Origin: Tetramitus jugosus
Taxonomy: Eukaryota > Protista > Heterolobosea
DNA length: 64,000 nt
Assembly: GCA_937625935.1 (NCBI GenBank)
Contig: OW569380.1
Span: forward strand, 372,001-436,000
Reading direction: 5' to 3'
The notes under the pieces are model-generated. The model made no database searches. It was not told where the DNA came from and saw only the letters and a program-made list of their open reading frames with translations. The position numbers and the translations under genes were made by a program. Below, one piece after another: positions 54,542-64,000 of this stretch (position 1 is its first letter; every line of letters begins with the position of its first letter).

Positions 54542-57097
54542 TTACCTCACAGTAACCGAATTGTTCTTCGATCTCGATGTGGCAGCGGTCAAGTGAGTCA
54601 CGACATTGCTTTGTGTTTGGAAGATACTCTTTTCTCCTGCATTGTTGCTTGTGGAGACGCTCAATGGAGATAGTGGATCAACACTTGAGTCACTCAGTCC
54701 GTGGATATACTCATCCTCGCTGCAGCTATTGCTGACGCTGAGAGAGCTACTGCTATCACTTCTGCCATGACAAGTTCCTTCGTGAACATCGGCAACGTCA
54801 ACAGAGAGCTTTGGTGCATTCTTCTTTTTTCTGGCAGCGGCAACATTGTTGACATCAATGACATAGTCTTCAGAGATGATTGATTCGCTGGCTGCAGCTG
54901 TAGCAATTGACAAAGAGTTATGGTTTCCAGAGATTCTTCTGCTCTTGCGTACAGTGGTAGCATTCTTCTTCTTTCTGTAAATGTGTGGTGCTTCAGGCTT
55001 GATGGATCGCTCAAAGAAGAATTTTTCTTCAAAGAGAATTCTATAAGCAGCGATATAGGTTGGGATCAAATTGAATAGTAGAGTTCCTGGGAAACTGAAT
55101 ATCCACCACTCCAAAAAGTGTACAATCCAATAGTACTTGTGCTGATACTCTCGACCATTGACAAGGGTAATCAATTGACCATTGAGATACGTGTTGAGCA
55201 AAATGACAACGAATAGACAAACATTTGCCAAATTGTACAATGGCAACCAAATATGATTCACTCTGTAAATATCATCAGTAATTTCAGCGTTCGAGTACAA
55301 CCAGGAATAGTATTGAGAGAAGATGAATGAGAATACGAGCATAGTCAATTGAGTTCCACCAATGAACTGCACACTTGTCACATTCCAAAACAGCTTAAAG
55401 ATACGCGTCCAGTTGACTGGAATTTGAATGCTTTGTGGGTCTTCTTCGTACTCTTCAGCGCTTCCTTCAGTGCATCTGCTTTCAAACTTGTGGAATCTGC
55501 GTCTAACATAGTCAGGAATACTGCTTCCATTCTTCCATGTCAAAAACATTCTCTTTAAAATGTAAGTAATTTCAGTGAGTGCCAAAGAGTGTCTCTTTCC
55601 TTGAATATATCTTTCATAGAGACTCTCATAGTATGTTTCACCTTGAGTAGAGTAGCAAGAGACTGGGAAAGGCAAGCTGCGTACCTTTGCTTTTCCTCCA
55701 GTGTTGAAGAATGTTCTTACAGTGCAATGCCAGTCTTCAGTGATATACTTTGGACACCAACCATTGTTTGCAGTCAAAAAGTTGTGACTCATACTGTAGG
55801 TACTGAATGAAATCTTTTCATAATTCTTATCGTTCAAAGCAGCAATCTCATGCATTGTAATCACAAAGCTAATCATTCTACTCATTGCAGGAATCTCATT
55901 AAAGTTTCTGTAGCAAACCATAGGTGATTGCCAAATGCTAGTATTGTTGGTTCCCTTCATATGACTGCTCAAGTAAGCATAAGTCAAGGAATCAAAATGA
56001 CTCTCGTGATAAATGGAATCAGCGTCCTGTACAGTGACAACGGCAAAGTTAGGGTCCAATTCAGCAACACTTCTCTGTTCAATGTACTCCTTGATACCAT
56101 TGTGCCAAGCAAAATTGCTGTTGCTTCCCTTACCAGGTGACTCATCAGGCATACCAGAAGGATGAACCGTGTAAAGCATGTCCTTGAATTGAAGAATGTA
56201 ATCATTGACTAGTCTCTTGGCTTTTTGTTCTACATTTTGTTCTCTTGCTTCCATTGCCAAAACAGGAATGATTTGTCTACGAGCCATGGATTGTTGAGCC
56301 AAAGAGTTGAGTGATTGTCTCAAGATGCTCTCACGCTCATTAAAGTTTGGAATAATCACAAAGTGTGTCACCTTGTTCCACACATCATCTTCTCTGCTCA
56401 ATTGAGTTTGTCTGTTTGGTCTCATTCTCTTGAATCGACTGGCACTTGATTGTGGATACTGAGAGTCCTCATCTGAAGAAGAACTAGTGCTAAACTCGTT
56501 GCTTGCATTGGCAGAATTGTTGCCACCATAGGAGACAGAAGACTTGGACTTGGATTGCATGACCATTCTCTGTTTCGTCAAATACTTTTGATAAAAGTCA
56601 ACAAAACGAGAGCGCTTGGCTCTCTTGATACCAGCCATTCCAAAGTAAAAATTATGACTCAGCAGATACACATTGTAAGCCAAGTAACCCAATGTAAAAA
56701 TGAAGAAGAGTGATGGTGCATAAAAACCAGACCAAATCATGAAAATAGGAGCCATAATCAATGAGAGCATGGGTAATGATCGAAGTAAATAATCAGTGAT
56801 ACGACGAGATAATGTATGTCTCTTTGCAACCTTGTCAGCAATAATCATTTCTTCATACTCTTGACAGTCAGTGCTATCATTCATGATTGATGAAGAAGAG
56901 TTTGTTGCTATTGTTGTTAGTTGTAGTGGAGTGTTAGTTTCACTTGTTTCTTCCATTGTTTGATGTCTGTTGTTGAGTTGTTGAGACTGTTGGTGATGAT
57001 ATTGATGATGATTTTCGTACAATTCAACCACAGTAGAATAGGTGACTGGTGTTCTTGGTGTTGGTGCTGTTGGAACGGATAGTGGCGAATCTTCCAT
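54542..57097 (-). CDS. Membrane-bound glycosyltransferase family 2 (processive/egghead-like)
   Basis: IIPNFNE, PGKG, QDADS (DxD), TEDW and QGKRH (at the QxxRW position); N- and C-terminal TMs. Confidence 0.85.
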   Translation of the reverse strand: MEDSPLSVPTAPTPRTPVTYSTVVELYENHHQYHHQQSQQLNNRHQTMEETSETNTPLQLTTIATNSSSSIMNDSTDCQEYEEMIIADKVAKRHTLSRRITDYLLRSLPMLSLIMAPIFMIWSGFYAPSLFFIFTLGYLAYNVYLLSHNFYFGMAGIKRAKRSRFVDFYQKYLTKQRMVMQSKSKSSVSYGGNNSANASNEFSTSSSSDEDSQYPQSSASRFKRMRPNRQTQLSREDDVWNKVTHFVIIPNFNERESILRQSLNSLAQQSMARRQIIPVLAMEAREQNVEQKAKRLVNDYILQFKDMLYTVHPSGMPDESPGKGSNSNFAWHNGIKEYIEQRSVAELDPNFAVVTVQDADSIYHESHFDSLTYAYLSSHMKGTNNTSIWQSPMVCYRNFNEIPAMSRMISFVITMHEIAALNDKNYEKISFSTYSMSHNFLTANNGWCPKYITEDWHCTVRTFFNTGGKAKVRSLPFPVSCYSTQGETYYESLYERYIQGKRHSLALTEITYILKRMFLTWKNGSSIPDYVRRRFHKFESRCTEGSAEEYEEDPQSIQIPVNWTRIFKLFWNVTSVQFIGGTQLTMLVFSFIFSQYYSWLYSNAEITDDIYRVNHIWLPLYNLANVCLFVVILLNTYLNGQLITLVNGREYQHKYYWIVHFLEWWIFSFPGTLLFNLIPTYIAAYRILFEEKFFFERSIKPEAPHIYRKKKNATTVRKSRRISGNHNSLSIATAAASESIISEDYVIDVNNVAAARKKKNAPKLSVDVADVHEGTCHGRSDSSSSLSVSNSCSEDEYIHGLSDSSVDPLSPLSVSTSNNAGEKSIFQTQSNVVTHLTAATSRSKNNSVTVR

Positions 57098-57734
57098 GAG
57101 GAATAATATTGTTGTTGTTGCTGTTTAGCTGTGTGTGGAGCGCACAAAAATGGTTGTCGAATCGTTTGCGTCAGAGCTCTGAGAAAATGAGAGATTGTTG
57201 CTCGTTGTTGTTGAGTGATGATGCCTACTATCCGAGTTGTTATTGGTGTTGGGAACCGGACTCTGAATAGACGCGAGAAGCTTGTGAGTGTTTTATCTTT
57301 AATAATATCGAGTGAAGAGGATCAACAGCAAAAGAGAGGGTTCTGCATGAGAGATGGAAGCGAGCGAGGGAAAATCGTACAGAAAATAAAGAGCCTATAA
57401 GATTTTCGGAGACCATTTCGAATTCCCCACACAGTATCCGTTGAGATTTGGAGGGAAATTGCCCGGGCTTACAAAATTCCACATGAAAGATTGATGACGT
57501 GCCTTACAAGTCAGGTCAGATGTCAAATAAAACGCCAAAGTCCCTCAACAGAAAAATTTCGGACAAAGCGTTCGCCTAAACACTGGCGTCGAACAATTTT
57601 GGAGAATCCGACGAGGATGCCAATGAAGATTCAACGCACACAGGCGGGAATAATTATATCGGAGAAAACCTCTGAGCGCCAACATGTCAAAAACTTGTGA
57701 TTACCACAAACTTTGAGACCATACGTATACGAAT

Positions 57735-58715
57735 ATGAGAGTTTCATTCTTCCTGATTGTCCTATTCTCCATTGTGGTATCATTATTCATCTGTTCTTCA
57801 AGTTCAGCTGCCGCCCCAATCAACAACAGACCTGTGATTGGAATTCTGGCCCAACCTGTTCACGAGAGCAGTCCAACCACCAATTCCTACATTGCTGCCA
57901 GCTATGTAAAGTTTATTGAAGGTGCAGGTGCTAGAGTCGTCCCTATTCCTTTTGATTTGCCAAAGAAGGACTTGGAGTCATTGGCTCTTCAGCTCAATGG
58001 TGTCTTGTTCCCAGGTGGTGGTGTCGATTTGAATCAATCTCCCTACCAGAGAGTCATGGAATTCTTCTTGAATTATTCCATGTCAAGCGGTGTCTATTTC
58101 CCCGTTTGGGCCACTTGTCTGGGTTTTGAAGGAGTCGCGATTGCTGTGGCTGGACAGTACAGTATTTTGCACTCTGGATTCAATAGTTGGAACGTTAGTA
58201 TGCCACTAGAGTTTTATCCAAATGCGGATACTGTCAGAAGAGAGAGTCGATTGTTTGGTAAGACTTCGATGCCATCTGAAGAAATGTTCCAATCATTCCA
58301 AAGAGAAGCTCTCACATTGAATAATCACCATGCTGGTGTTCGTGTTTCTGACTGGTTGGCCAATCAAAACTTGCAAAAAGTGTTCAGAGTCTTGTCCATC
58401 AACAAGGACAGAGCTGGTCAATCTTTTGTTTCTACCATTGAAGCATACAATTATCCAATTTATGCGAGTCAATGGCATCCAGAAAAGGTCAGTTACGAGT
58501 GGTGGAGTGAAGAGGATATTAACCATTCCTATACTTCACTATTGGCCAACCAACACATGGCCAACTTTTTTGTGAATGAGTGCAGAAGAAACAGCAATCA
58601 ATTCAGCAACAACAATGATTTGGTGAATCGCTGGTTGATTTACAATTATCCTCCTACCTATACATTCAATGAGGAGCCTGACTTTGTTCAAATGTACTAC
58701 TTCCCAAAGAACTAA
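57735..58715 (+). CDS. GGH: Gamma-glutamyl hydrolase (peptidase C26)
   Basis: Signal peptide; RPVIGIL, SYIAASYVKFIEGAGARVVPI, NGVLFPGG, TCLGFE (nucleophile Cys) and QWHPEK. Confidence 0.96.
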   Translation: MRVSFFLIVLFSIVVSLFICSSSSAAAPINNRPVIGILAQPVHESSPTTNSYIAASYVKFIEGAGARVVPIPFDLPKKDLESLALQLNGVLFPGGGVDLNQSPYQRVMEFFLNYSMSSGVYFPVWATCLGFEGVAIAVAGQYSILHSGFNSWNVSMPLEFYPNADTVRRESRLFGKTSMPSEEMFQSFQREALTLNNHHAGVRVSDWLANQNLQKVFRVLSINKDRAGQSFVSTIEAYNYPIYASQWHPEKVSYEWWSEEDINHSYTSLLANQHMANFFVNECRRNSNQFSNNNDLVNRWLIYNYPPTYTFNEEPDFVQMYYFPKN

Positions 58716-58871
58716 TCTGTAGATGACGACGTTCAATAAACTCCGCAGATGCTGACAGCACGCACCAACTACCATTTTGAGACCGGAAGGGGCCCTAGAG
58801 GGAAAAACGGATTTTTCTTACAAAGACCTTTGACCTAACCTCAATTTCACAATTCAAAGAAATCTAGGAAA

Positions 58872-60794
58872 ATGAGACCGAATCGATACCACTGTGCTAA
58901 AACCTTTCTCTTCATCTATGCACTATTGCTGGTGCTTCTTGTGAGGAACGGCAACTCGATCAAGAACAAGTACTTGAGAACCAATGATCTCAGGTGTCAT
59001 CTCATCCCTCAAAATACAACTGGTTCACTCATGGACTCCTCGATCGATGATTCGATTCTTGTAGAGTTTCTCAGTGTGAGAAACTTCCAATCGTACTCTT
59101 ACTTTAAAGTAGGTCTGATCGATTGGACAAGAGATAACATTTCTATGGTGGTAGAGTTTCGTGACACTTCCTTGCTTGAGCCTAACGACTCTGTGCCTTT
59201 TAGTTTCACAATGTTTGAACAGAATGGAACCCTCTACTTTCAGTATATGAACGATAGTGTTGTAACGACACGTCCTTTTTTGGATAATGACGAGTGGGTT
59301 GAGGGTGGTGAACACGGAGTCCCAGTGTACATCAATTTCGACACAAGTGGTGTTTATGGTAGACCGTTCATACTCACCGTGCAGACCAGATTAAAGTCGA
59401 GCTATCGATTAAACAGAATCACCATCGAGGAGCAAGGGACATGGTCACATGATGTTCCAGTCGAATCATCCCTTTGTTCAGATTATCTCAAGGTCAAGAA
59501 AATGAATTTACAGATAACTGGCTTCTCTCTGGCTAGTTGCAGCTTTAATGTATTTATCAGTATCTTGAATGCGATTGGTATTATTCTACTTTGTAGAAAT
59601 TATCTGATCAAGAAGAGACTCATTACAATTGTCCCTTGTTGCCTAGCATTCCTCCTGTTTGATGTCTGTCTGCTCATTTTTTATCCAATACTTATTTATT
59701 ACCACCAAAGGATGATATATCTTACGGATAAGATGCCATTGACGCCTGCACTTGGAGCAATTAGAGCATGGTTGATCCTTGTGGCTATGACATGTTATGT
59801 CGCCTACTCTATTCGATACTTCCATATGAGAAACTTTTATAGGATCATGTCACTTTCCACAACTGATGTATCAAGAAAGCAATTAGCAGTTCATAGGAGG
59901 ATTGCAAGTAGTTCTACTTATGTGACCTTTGTCACAATGATGGCTTTGCTCATTGCGTTATTTGTTGGTATCTTCGCCGGTTTTTTTCCATTCTCAACAT
60001 TGGCTGTGAATGTTATCGCCATTGTTGCTGCTGCCCTTGGTGCTTTGTGTGGTTTTGTTGCTCTCGTGGTTGACTTTGCATTAAATTGGAGCAAAACTCG
60101 AAAAGATGGTATTCTCAATTATTTCAGTATGGATCCACTGAGAATTAGATTGGAGATGTTCTTCATTATTCCAGCAACAGTTGTGGGTGTCACATACGGT
60201 ATACTGCTCATTACCTCTCCAATCAACATTGAGAGTCGAAGTTATGCTGGATTGTCAGCTCATATTGCTTTTCAGGAGATATTCTACGCATTATTGGGCA
60301 TTTCTGTGAGGTTGGTTCTGTCAGGAGGCTTGGTTTGCATATTAGTATTCTTGAAGTCTTTGAAACCTTCTCCATTTTCGGATACGATATCGGATGAGGG
60401 AGTGAACAATCTACTTCGCGATGCAGACGTGTACAAAATGATGTACAGGTATTGCAAACAAGAGTTTTCATTGGAGAACATCCTGCTGTGGACTCACCTC
60501 AACAACTTGTCCAAATCAATCCAGATCTCAACAGAAGAATTACAAGATCTTTTCGAGTCGTACATTAAGCCAAAAGCGATATATGAAGTGAATTTACCTG
60601 CCAAGACAATCAAGGAGTTTAAGGCTCTGGTTGAAAGAGCAGGTGAAGATGGTGTTCGCTTTGAGGAAGTGAATGTTCTCCTTGCAGGACAGTTGACTCA
60701 GAATCTATCAGATACATTCACAAGATTTTCAGACTCGGAAGCTTTCAAAACATGGAAAGAGAGCAAAACAGCTTCTGAACGCTTCAAGTTATAA
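58872..60794 (+). CDS. 7TM-RGS protein with N-terminal extracellular domain
   Basis: Signal peptide, about 200-aa ectodomain, about 7 TMs, and an RGS box (YCKQEFSLENILLW..YIKPKAIYEVNL..NLSDTFTRF). Confidence 0.88.
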   Translation: MRPNRYHCAKTFLFIYALLLVLLVRNGNSIKNKYLRTNDLRCHLIPQNTTGSLMDSSIDDSILVEFLSVRNFQSYSYFKVGLIDWTRDNISMVVEFRDTSLLEPNDSVPFSFTMFEQNGTLYFQYMNDSVVTTRPFLDNDEWVEGGEHGVPVYINFDTSGVYGRPFILTVQTRLKSSYRLNRITIEEQGTWSHDVPVESSLCSDYLKVKKMNLQITGFSLASCSFNVFISILNAIGIILLCRNYLIKKRLITIVPCCLAFLLFDVCLLIFYPILIYYHQRMIYLTDKMPLTPALGAIRAWLILVAMTCYVAYSIRYFHMRNFYRIMSLSTTDVSRKQLAVHRRIASSSTYVTFVTMMALLIALFVGIFAGFFPFSTLAVNVIAIVAAALGALCGFVALVVDFALNWSKTRKDGILNYFSMDPLRIRLEMFFIIPATVVGVTYGILLITSPINIESRSYAGLSAHIAFQEIFYALLGISVRLVLSGGLVCILVFLKSLKPSPFSDTISDEGVNNLLRDADVYKMMYRYCKQEFSLENILLWTHLNNLSKSIQISTEELQDLFESYIKPKAIYEVNLPAKTIKEFKALVERAGEDGVRFEEVNVLLAGQLTQNLSDTFTRFSDSEAFKTWKESKTASERFKL

Positions 60795-60830
60795 CTTGCT
60801 AGCAATGAATGATAGATATTACGTGTATTT

Positions 60831-62216
60831 TTATGAAATCAGTGGCTCCATTGAATCCTGGTTGATTGGAAGAACACCCTTTCCTCTGGAACTGAAGAAG
60901 GTTGACAGGATCAATATCACAACTACTCCAAATAAAGCAATACTCACAAGTGGTAACACCACGGTCATCACTCGATTCTTGGATCTTGCTTTGGTCAAAA
61001 TGGTTGAAACACATACACCTGCAGCATCGTTTCCGCACTTGTGACACCAGTTGCTTGGGCTGACGCGACTGTATTCATCAATGTATCTGATAAATTGATC
61101 CCATTCACACTGATCAGAGGTGCAGTAGTGAGGTAGCTGATAGGATGTGAACTGACCATTGTATCCCAGGCGAACAATTAGTTTCACACTGTATTGCTTT
61201 TGATCATTTCTGTGCAATTCAAAGATGATCTGAGATCCATATGGAGGAATGTTTTGCAACTCTGGATGTGCAGCAGCAATATTCAATGTAGCCATAACAC
61301 TTTGCAAAGTGGTGTCATGAGCACTAAAGTGAGTGTACTTTGGAAGAATATCACCCTTGCTCTGAATAGCAGTCTCCATCGAGTTGGCAATTAGATTCAT
61401 GAGAGGACCAGCACCCAAATTACCTTGGATATCTCTGCTGAAGAACATGTACTGACTGTACATACCCAACTGATCAATCTTTTCCCAATTGTCGATCACT
61501 GGTTTCATTGTCAACAAATTGTGAACCTTCAAAGTGTTCAACAAGTCGTACGTATAGTAAAAATTGGACAACTCTGTGATTGGAATACCAGTCCAATTAT
61601 AAATGTCTTGAATCAATGGACCGTAATCCTTCTCAATAGCCGCAAATGCTTTACTCTTCTTGTAAGCATTTTGTGTCGACTTGATCTTAGGGCACTTTTC
61701 ATAAGCTCTCAGAGTAATATCTTGAACTTGCTCAACAGTGTGAACAGGAACCATAGTAATATCATTGGACAAGGAAGGCTCATTGGTAATGTCGTCAATC
61801 AATCCAGTGCCATTCGGAAACAATCCCTGGCATGCACTGTTCAATGAAATGATGGTTCGATCGACACTTGTTGCATGAAGCTTGAACATGTCGGAATCAA
61901 AATACTTGTTTACAATACCGGAGATATAACTGTTGGAGGAAGGAATGAGATACCGTTGTCGAAGGGTGGCACCCATCTCTTGACATTGGGCAATACCAAG
62001 GCCTGTGAGCTGTCCTGGAGACAATCCAAATTTCTTCTTCCAATCGACAACATTGTTGGGCACTGAAGCTCTGCTAATAGGTGTTCTGTCGCAATGACGA
62101 GAAATGACATAGACTTGCACAATTTCACATTGCACAACAAGAGCAAATGTGATGAGAAGAACGACAGCAACAACAAGAGGCAACGATAGCCTGGTAGTTG
62201 TGGTGAAGAGTGACAT
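60831..62216 (-). CDS. Histidine acid phosphatase (branch 2, lysosomal/prostatic type), membrane anchored
   Basis: Signal peptide; RHCDRTP, GQLTGLG, DRT, FSAHDTT and PPYGS motifs; C-terminal TM. Confidence 0.93.
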   Translation of the reverse strand: MSLFTTTTRLSLPLVVAVVLLITFALVVQCEIVQVYVISRHCDRTPISRASVPNNVVDWKKKFGLSPGQLTGLGIAQCQEMGATLRQRYLIPSSNSYISGIVNKYFDSDMFKLHATSVDRTIISLNSACQGLFPNGTGLIDDITNEPSLSNDITMVPVHTVEQVQDITLRAYEKCPKIKSTQNAYKKSKAFAAIEKDYGPLIQDIYNWTGIPITELSNFYYTYDLLNTLKVHNLLTMKPVIDNWEKIDQLGMYSQYMFFSRDIQGNLGAGPLMNLIANSMETAIQSKGDILPKYTHFSAHDTTLQSVMATLNIAAAHPELQNIPPYGSQIIFELHRNDQKQYSVKLIVRLGYNGQFTSYQLPHYCTSDQCEWDQFIRYIDEYSRVSPSNWCHKCGNDAAGVCVSTILTKARSKNRVMTVVLPLVSIALFGVVVILILSTFFSSRGKGVLPINQDSMEPLIS

Positions 62217-62482
62217 GTTTTTTGTGAAATATTTCCCTCTGGAATTATCCGACCATGACGGAAAAACTGTCGAATTCGGATTTAAATTCCTGGAAGAGAT
62301 AAGTCATTGATTTCAAGATGTAAAACATGTGTTATTGTAAGGACTTGTCGTGCAGGAAAATTATTAAACACCACAATTTGCACAAATTTTGGGCGTTTCT
62401 TCAACTACAAAACAAAACCCAAACAATTGGTAATCAACCAACAACATTTCTGAAGAAAAAAAGTGAATTTTTGACCAACCGA

Positions 62483-63574
62483 ATGAGAAACTTGCCAGTG
62501 AACACCCTGAAAGCATTAGGTCCTGATCTTTCTCGTCATATTCTCGACTTCTTTCCTCTCTTGCGGCATGATTCCTTATACTTATCGTATCAGCTGATGT
62601 TCTCTGTGCTCTCAAGTCCAACAAGAAACCCCTCTCACCCTTGGTCGACTCAGAACTCAAATTCCAAGAACCAGTGCATTGGTTCCTCCCCGTTCTACTA
62701 TAGGCTACTCGGCCCGGAATTTCAACAACTGAGAACAGTAATTCATGTTTCCAAAGATACGCGCTTCTCTGATCTACAGGGCTACTTTGGGACCAAAACC
62801 AGTGTTCTGTCAGTTGCCTATGCTCGTGAAAATTACTCTGCTCCACACCCTTTAGTCGGCTTCATGTCAGGCATTTCTTCTGCTGATGCCTATGGAGTAC
62901 TACACTTCATCTACTTGGACTCAGAGGCTGAACCGAGGGAGTTTATCTGCACACGATTGAAATCATTGAAACCCTACAGAATGGCACATCTTCTTCGCTT
63001 TGCTCATATTGATCCCGTCGATGTAGCTCCAGTGTTAAATCTGTTGTCGGCGGGTGTCCTGGACATTAACCTTCTGATCACGGGCTACTCCTTTCCATTG
63101 CTCTTCTCCACCACGGTCAACTATCCACATATGATACTTGCGGATCTCTTTGGGAAGCTGTTAGACGAAATTCCTTGGCACCTGGAACCTTCTACATTTC
63201 CATCGGAAAGCTTAGCTGTATCGCTTTCCACAAACGAGAGACTCGATTCACTCGAAAGAGAACAGTATGAAGTCAAGGAGAAGATTCACAGAACCGTCAT
63301 ATTTCGGGTATCTGATCTTCGATGTTTGCTGAGCACCAACAGAGGGCTACTTTCGGCTGCAATGGATCTGATTCCCGTCGATGTAATATTGTCCTCACAC
63401 ACATTGACACAATTGATTTCGGAGTCAACTGATCATTTGTCTTCTGCAGTTGCCAAATCCCTGTTGGCCGGTTTGCCACCAAAACCAACCAAGGCATCTG
63501 ATCGAACACCAAGAAGAAAGAGGAAAGTGTCGCGCACTAGTGGTGAACCCAACAAGGTTCAAAGACTTTGCTGA
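62483..63574 (+). CDS. Hypothetical protein, possible F-box-like N-terminus and C-terminal NLS
   Basis: LKALGPDLSRHILDFFP resembles an F-box start; PRRKRK near the C-terminus. Start uncertain (ORF is open from 62327). Confidence 0.55.
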   Translation: MRNLPVNTLKALGPDLSRHILDFFPLLRHDSLYLSYQLMFSVLSSPTRNPSHPWSTQNSNSKNQCIGSSPFYYRLLGPEFQQLRTVIHVSKDTRFSDLQGYFGTKTSVLSVAYARENYSAPHPLVGFMSGISSADAYGVLHFIYLDSEAEPREFICTRLKSLKPYRMAHLLRFAHIDPVDVAPVLNLLSAGVLDINLLITGYSFPLLFSTTVNYPHMILADLFGKLLDEIPWHLEPSTFPSESLAVSLSTNERLDSLEREQYEVKEKIHRTVIFRVSDLRCLLSTNRGLLSAAMDLIPVDVILSSHTLTQLISESTDHLSSAVAKSLLAGLPPKPTKASDRTPRRKRKVSRTSGEPNKVQRLC

Positions 63575-64000
63575 CAAGAGTACACGATAAAGAGAATATT
63601 GCTCCTCTTGGTATGTGTTTTATTTTGGCAAGACTTACTGGGAAATGAAAATTGGTGGTGTGTCTGTTGGATCTAGATTTATTTCTCGACGCACCCGTTG
63701 TAATTAATTGTGACGTGAAGCTTTGACGAATGGGTGGACACTGACTGAAAATGTGGTTCAATCGCCTCTTTACCTACTAATTCATCTTACTACTTACGAT
63801 GAGCCCTCACTTTCCGATCTCTTTCCAGTCCAATGGAAATGCAAACGTTAAAATATCAAGTAGATCGTTATCATTGATAACATTCAACTTGAGTTCGGCT
63901 TTAAGTTCATTCAAAACATCACTATCTATTTCACTATGAAGAAGATAGTCAATATAGATTTCTCTACGACCACCTGACAGATAGTCAATAGTGATATAAA

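Noticed and set aside
4745-58715. Folate link between the CRD/folate-receptor-like protein and GGH
   Set aside because: They are 53 kb apart and the CRD assignment is not specific to folate binding.
1-64000. CRISPR arrays, tRNA/rRNA genes, transposases, prokaryotic defence systems
   Set aside because: None recognised by eye; repeats are simple microsatellites. Small ncRNAs cannot be excluded without covariance-model searches.

Overview
This is gene-dense eukaryotic (protist) nuclear DNA in the standard genetic code. It has short GT-AG introns (56-197 nt), many N/Q/H/T microsatellite-derived tracts and very short intergenic spacers. A 7TM-RGS gene, centriole genes and the compact layout suggest a heterolobosean-like free-living protist (inference only). 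About 30 protein genes are present: TMEM185-like RING-H2 ligase, SAM-PPPDE peptidase, tandem-Dabb membrane protein, CEP57-like, PiT phosphate transporter directly followed by an SPX-EXS (XPR1/PHO1) exporter, MFS, DHHC palmitoyltransferase, FANCI, TECR, U1-70K, RRP12, SEC24, centriolin-like, CRAL-TRIO, myosin with DIL tail, multi-SHOCT protein, GT2, GGH, 7TM-RGS and histidine acid phosphatase. Seven spliced gene models were rebuilt by hand with frame-consistent junctions. The best leads are: (i) a candidate autoregulatory cassette just 3' of the U1-70K stop; (ii) the PiT-XPR1 importer/exporter gene pair; (iii) an unannotated 49-aa, very basic microprotein with strongly biased codons; (iv) E2F-type TTTGGCGC sites upstream of CEP57, FANCI and centriolin; (v) two divergent LRR ORFs sharing one CATG. 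No tRNA, rRNA, CRISPR array or transposase was recognised.
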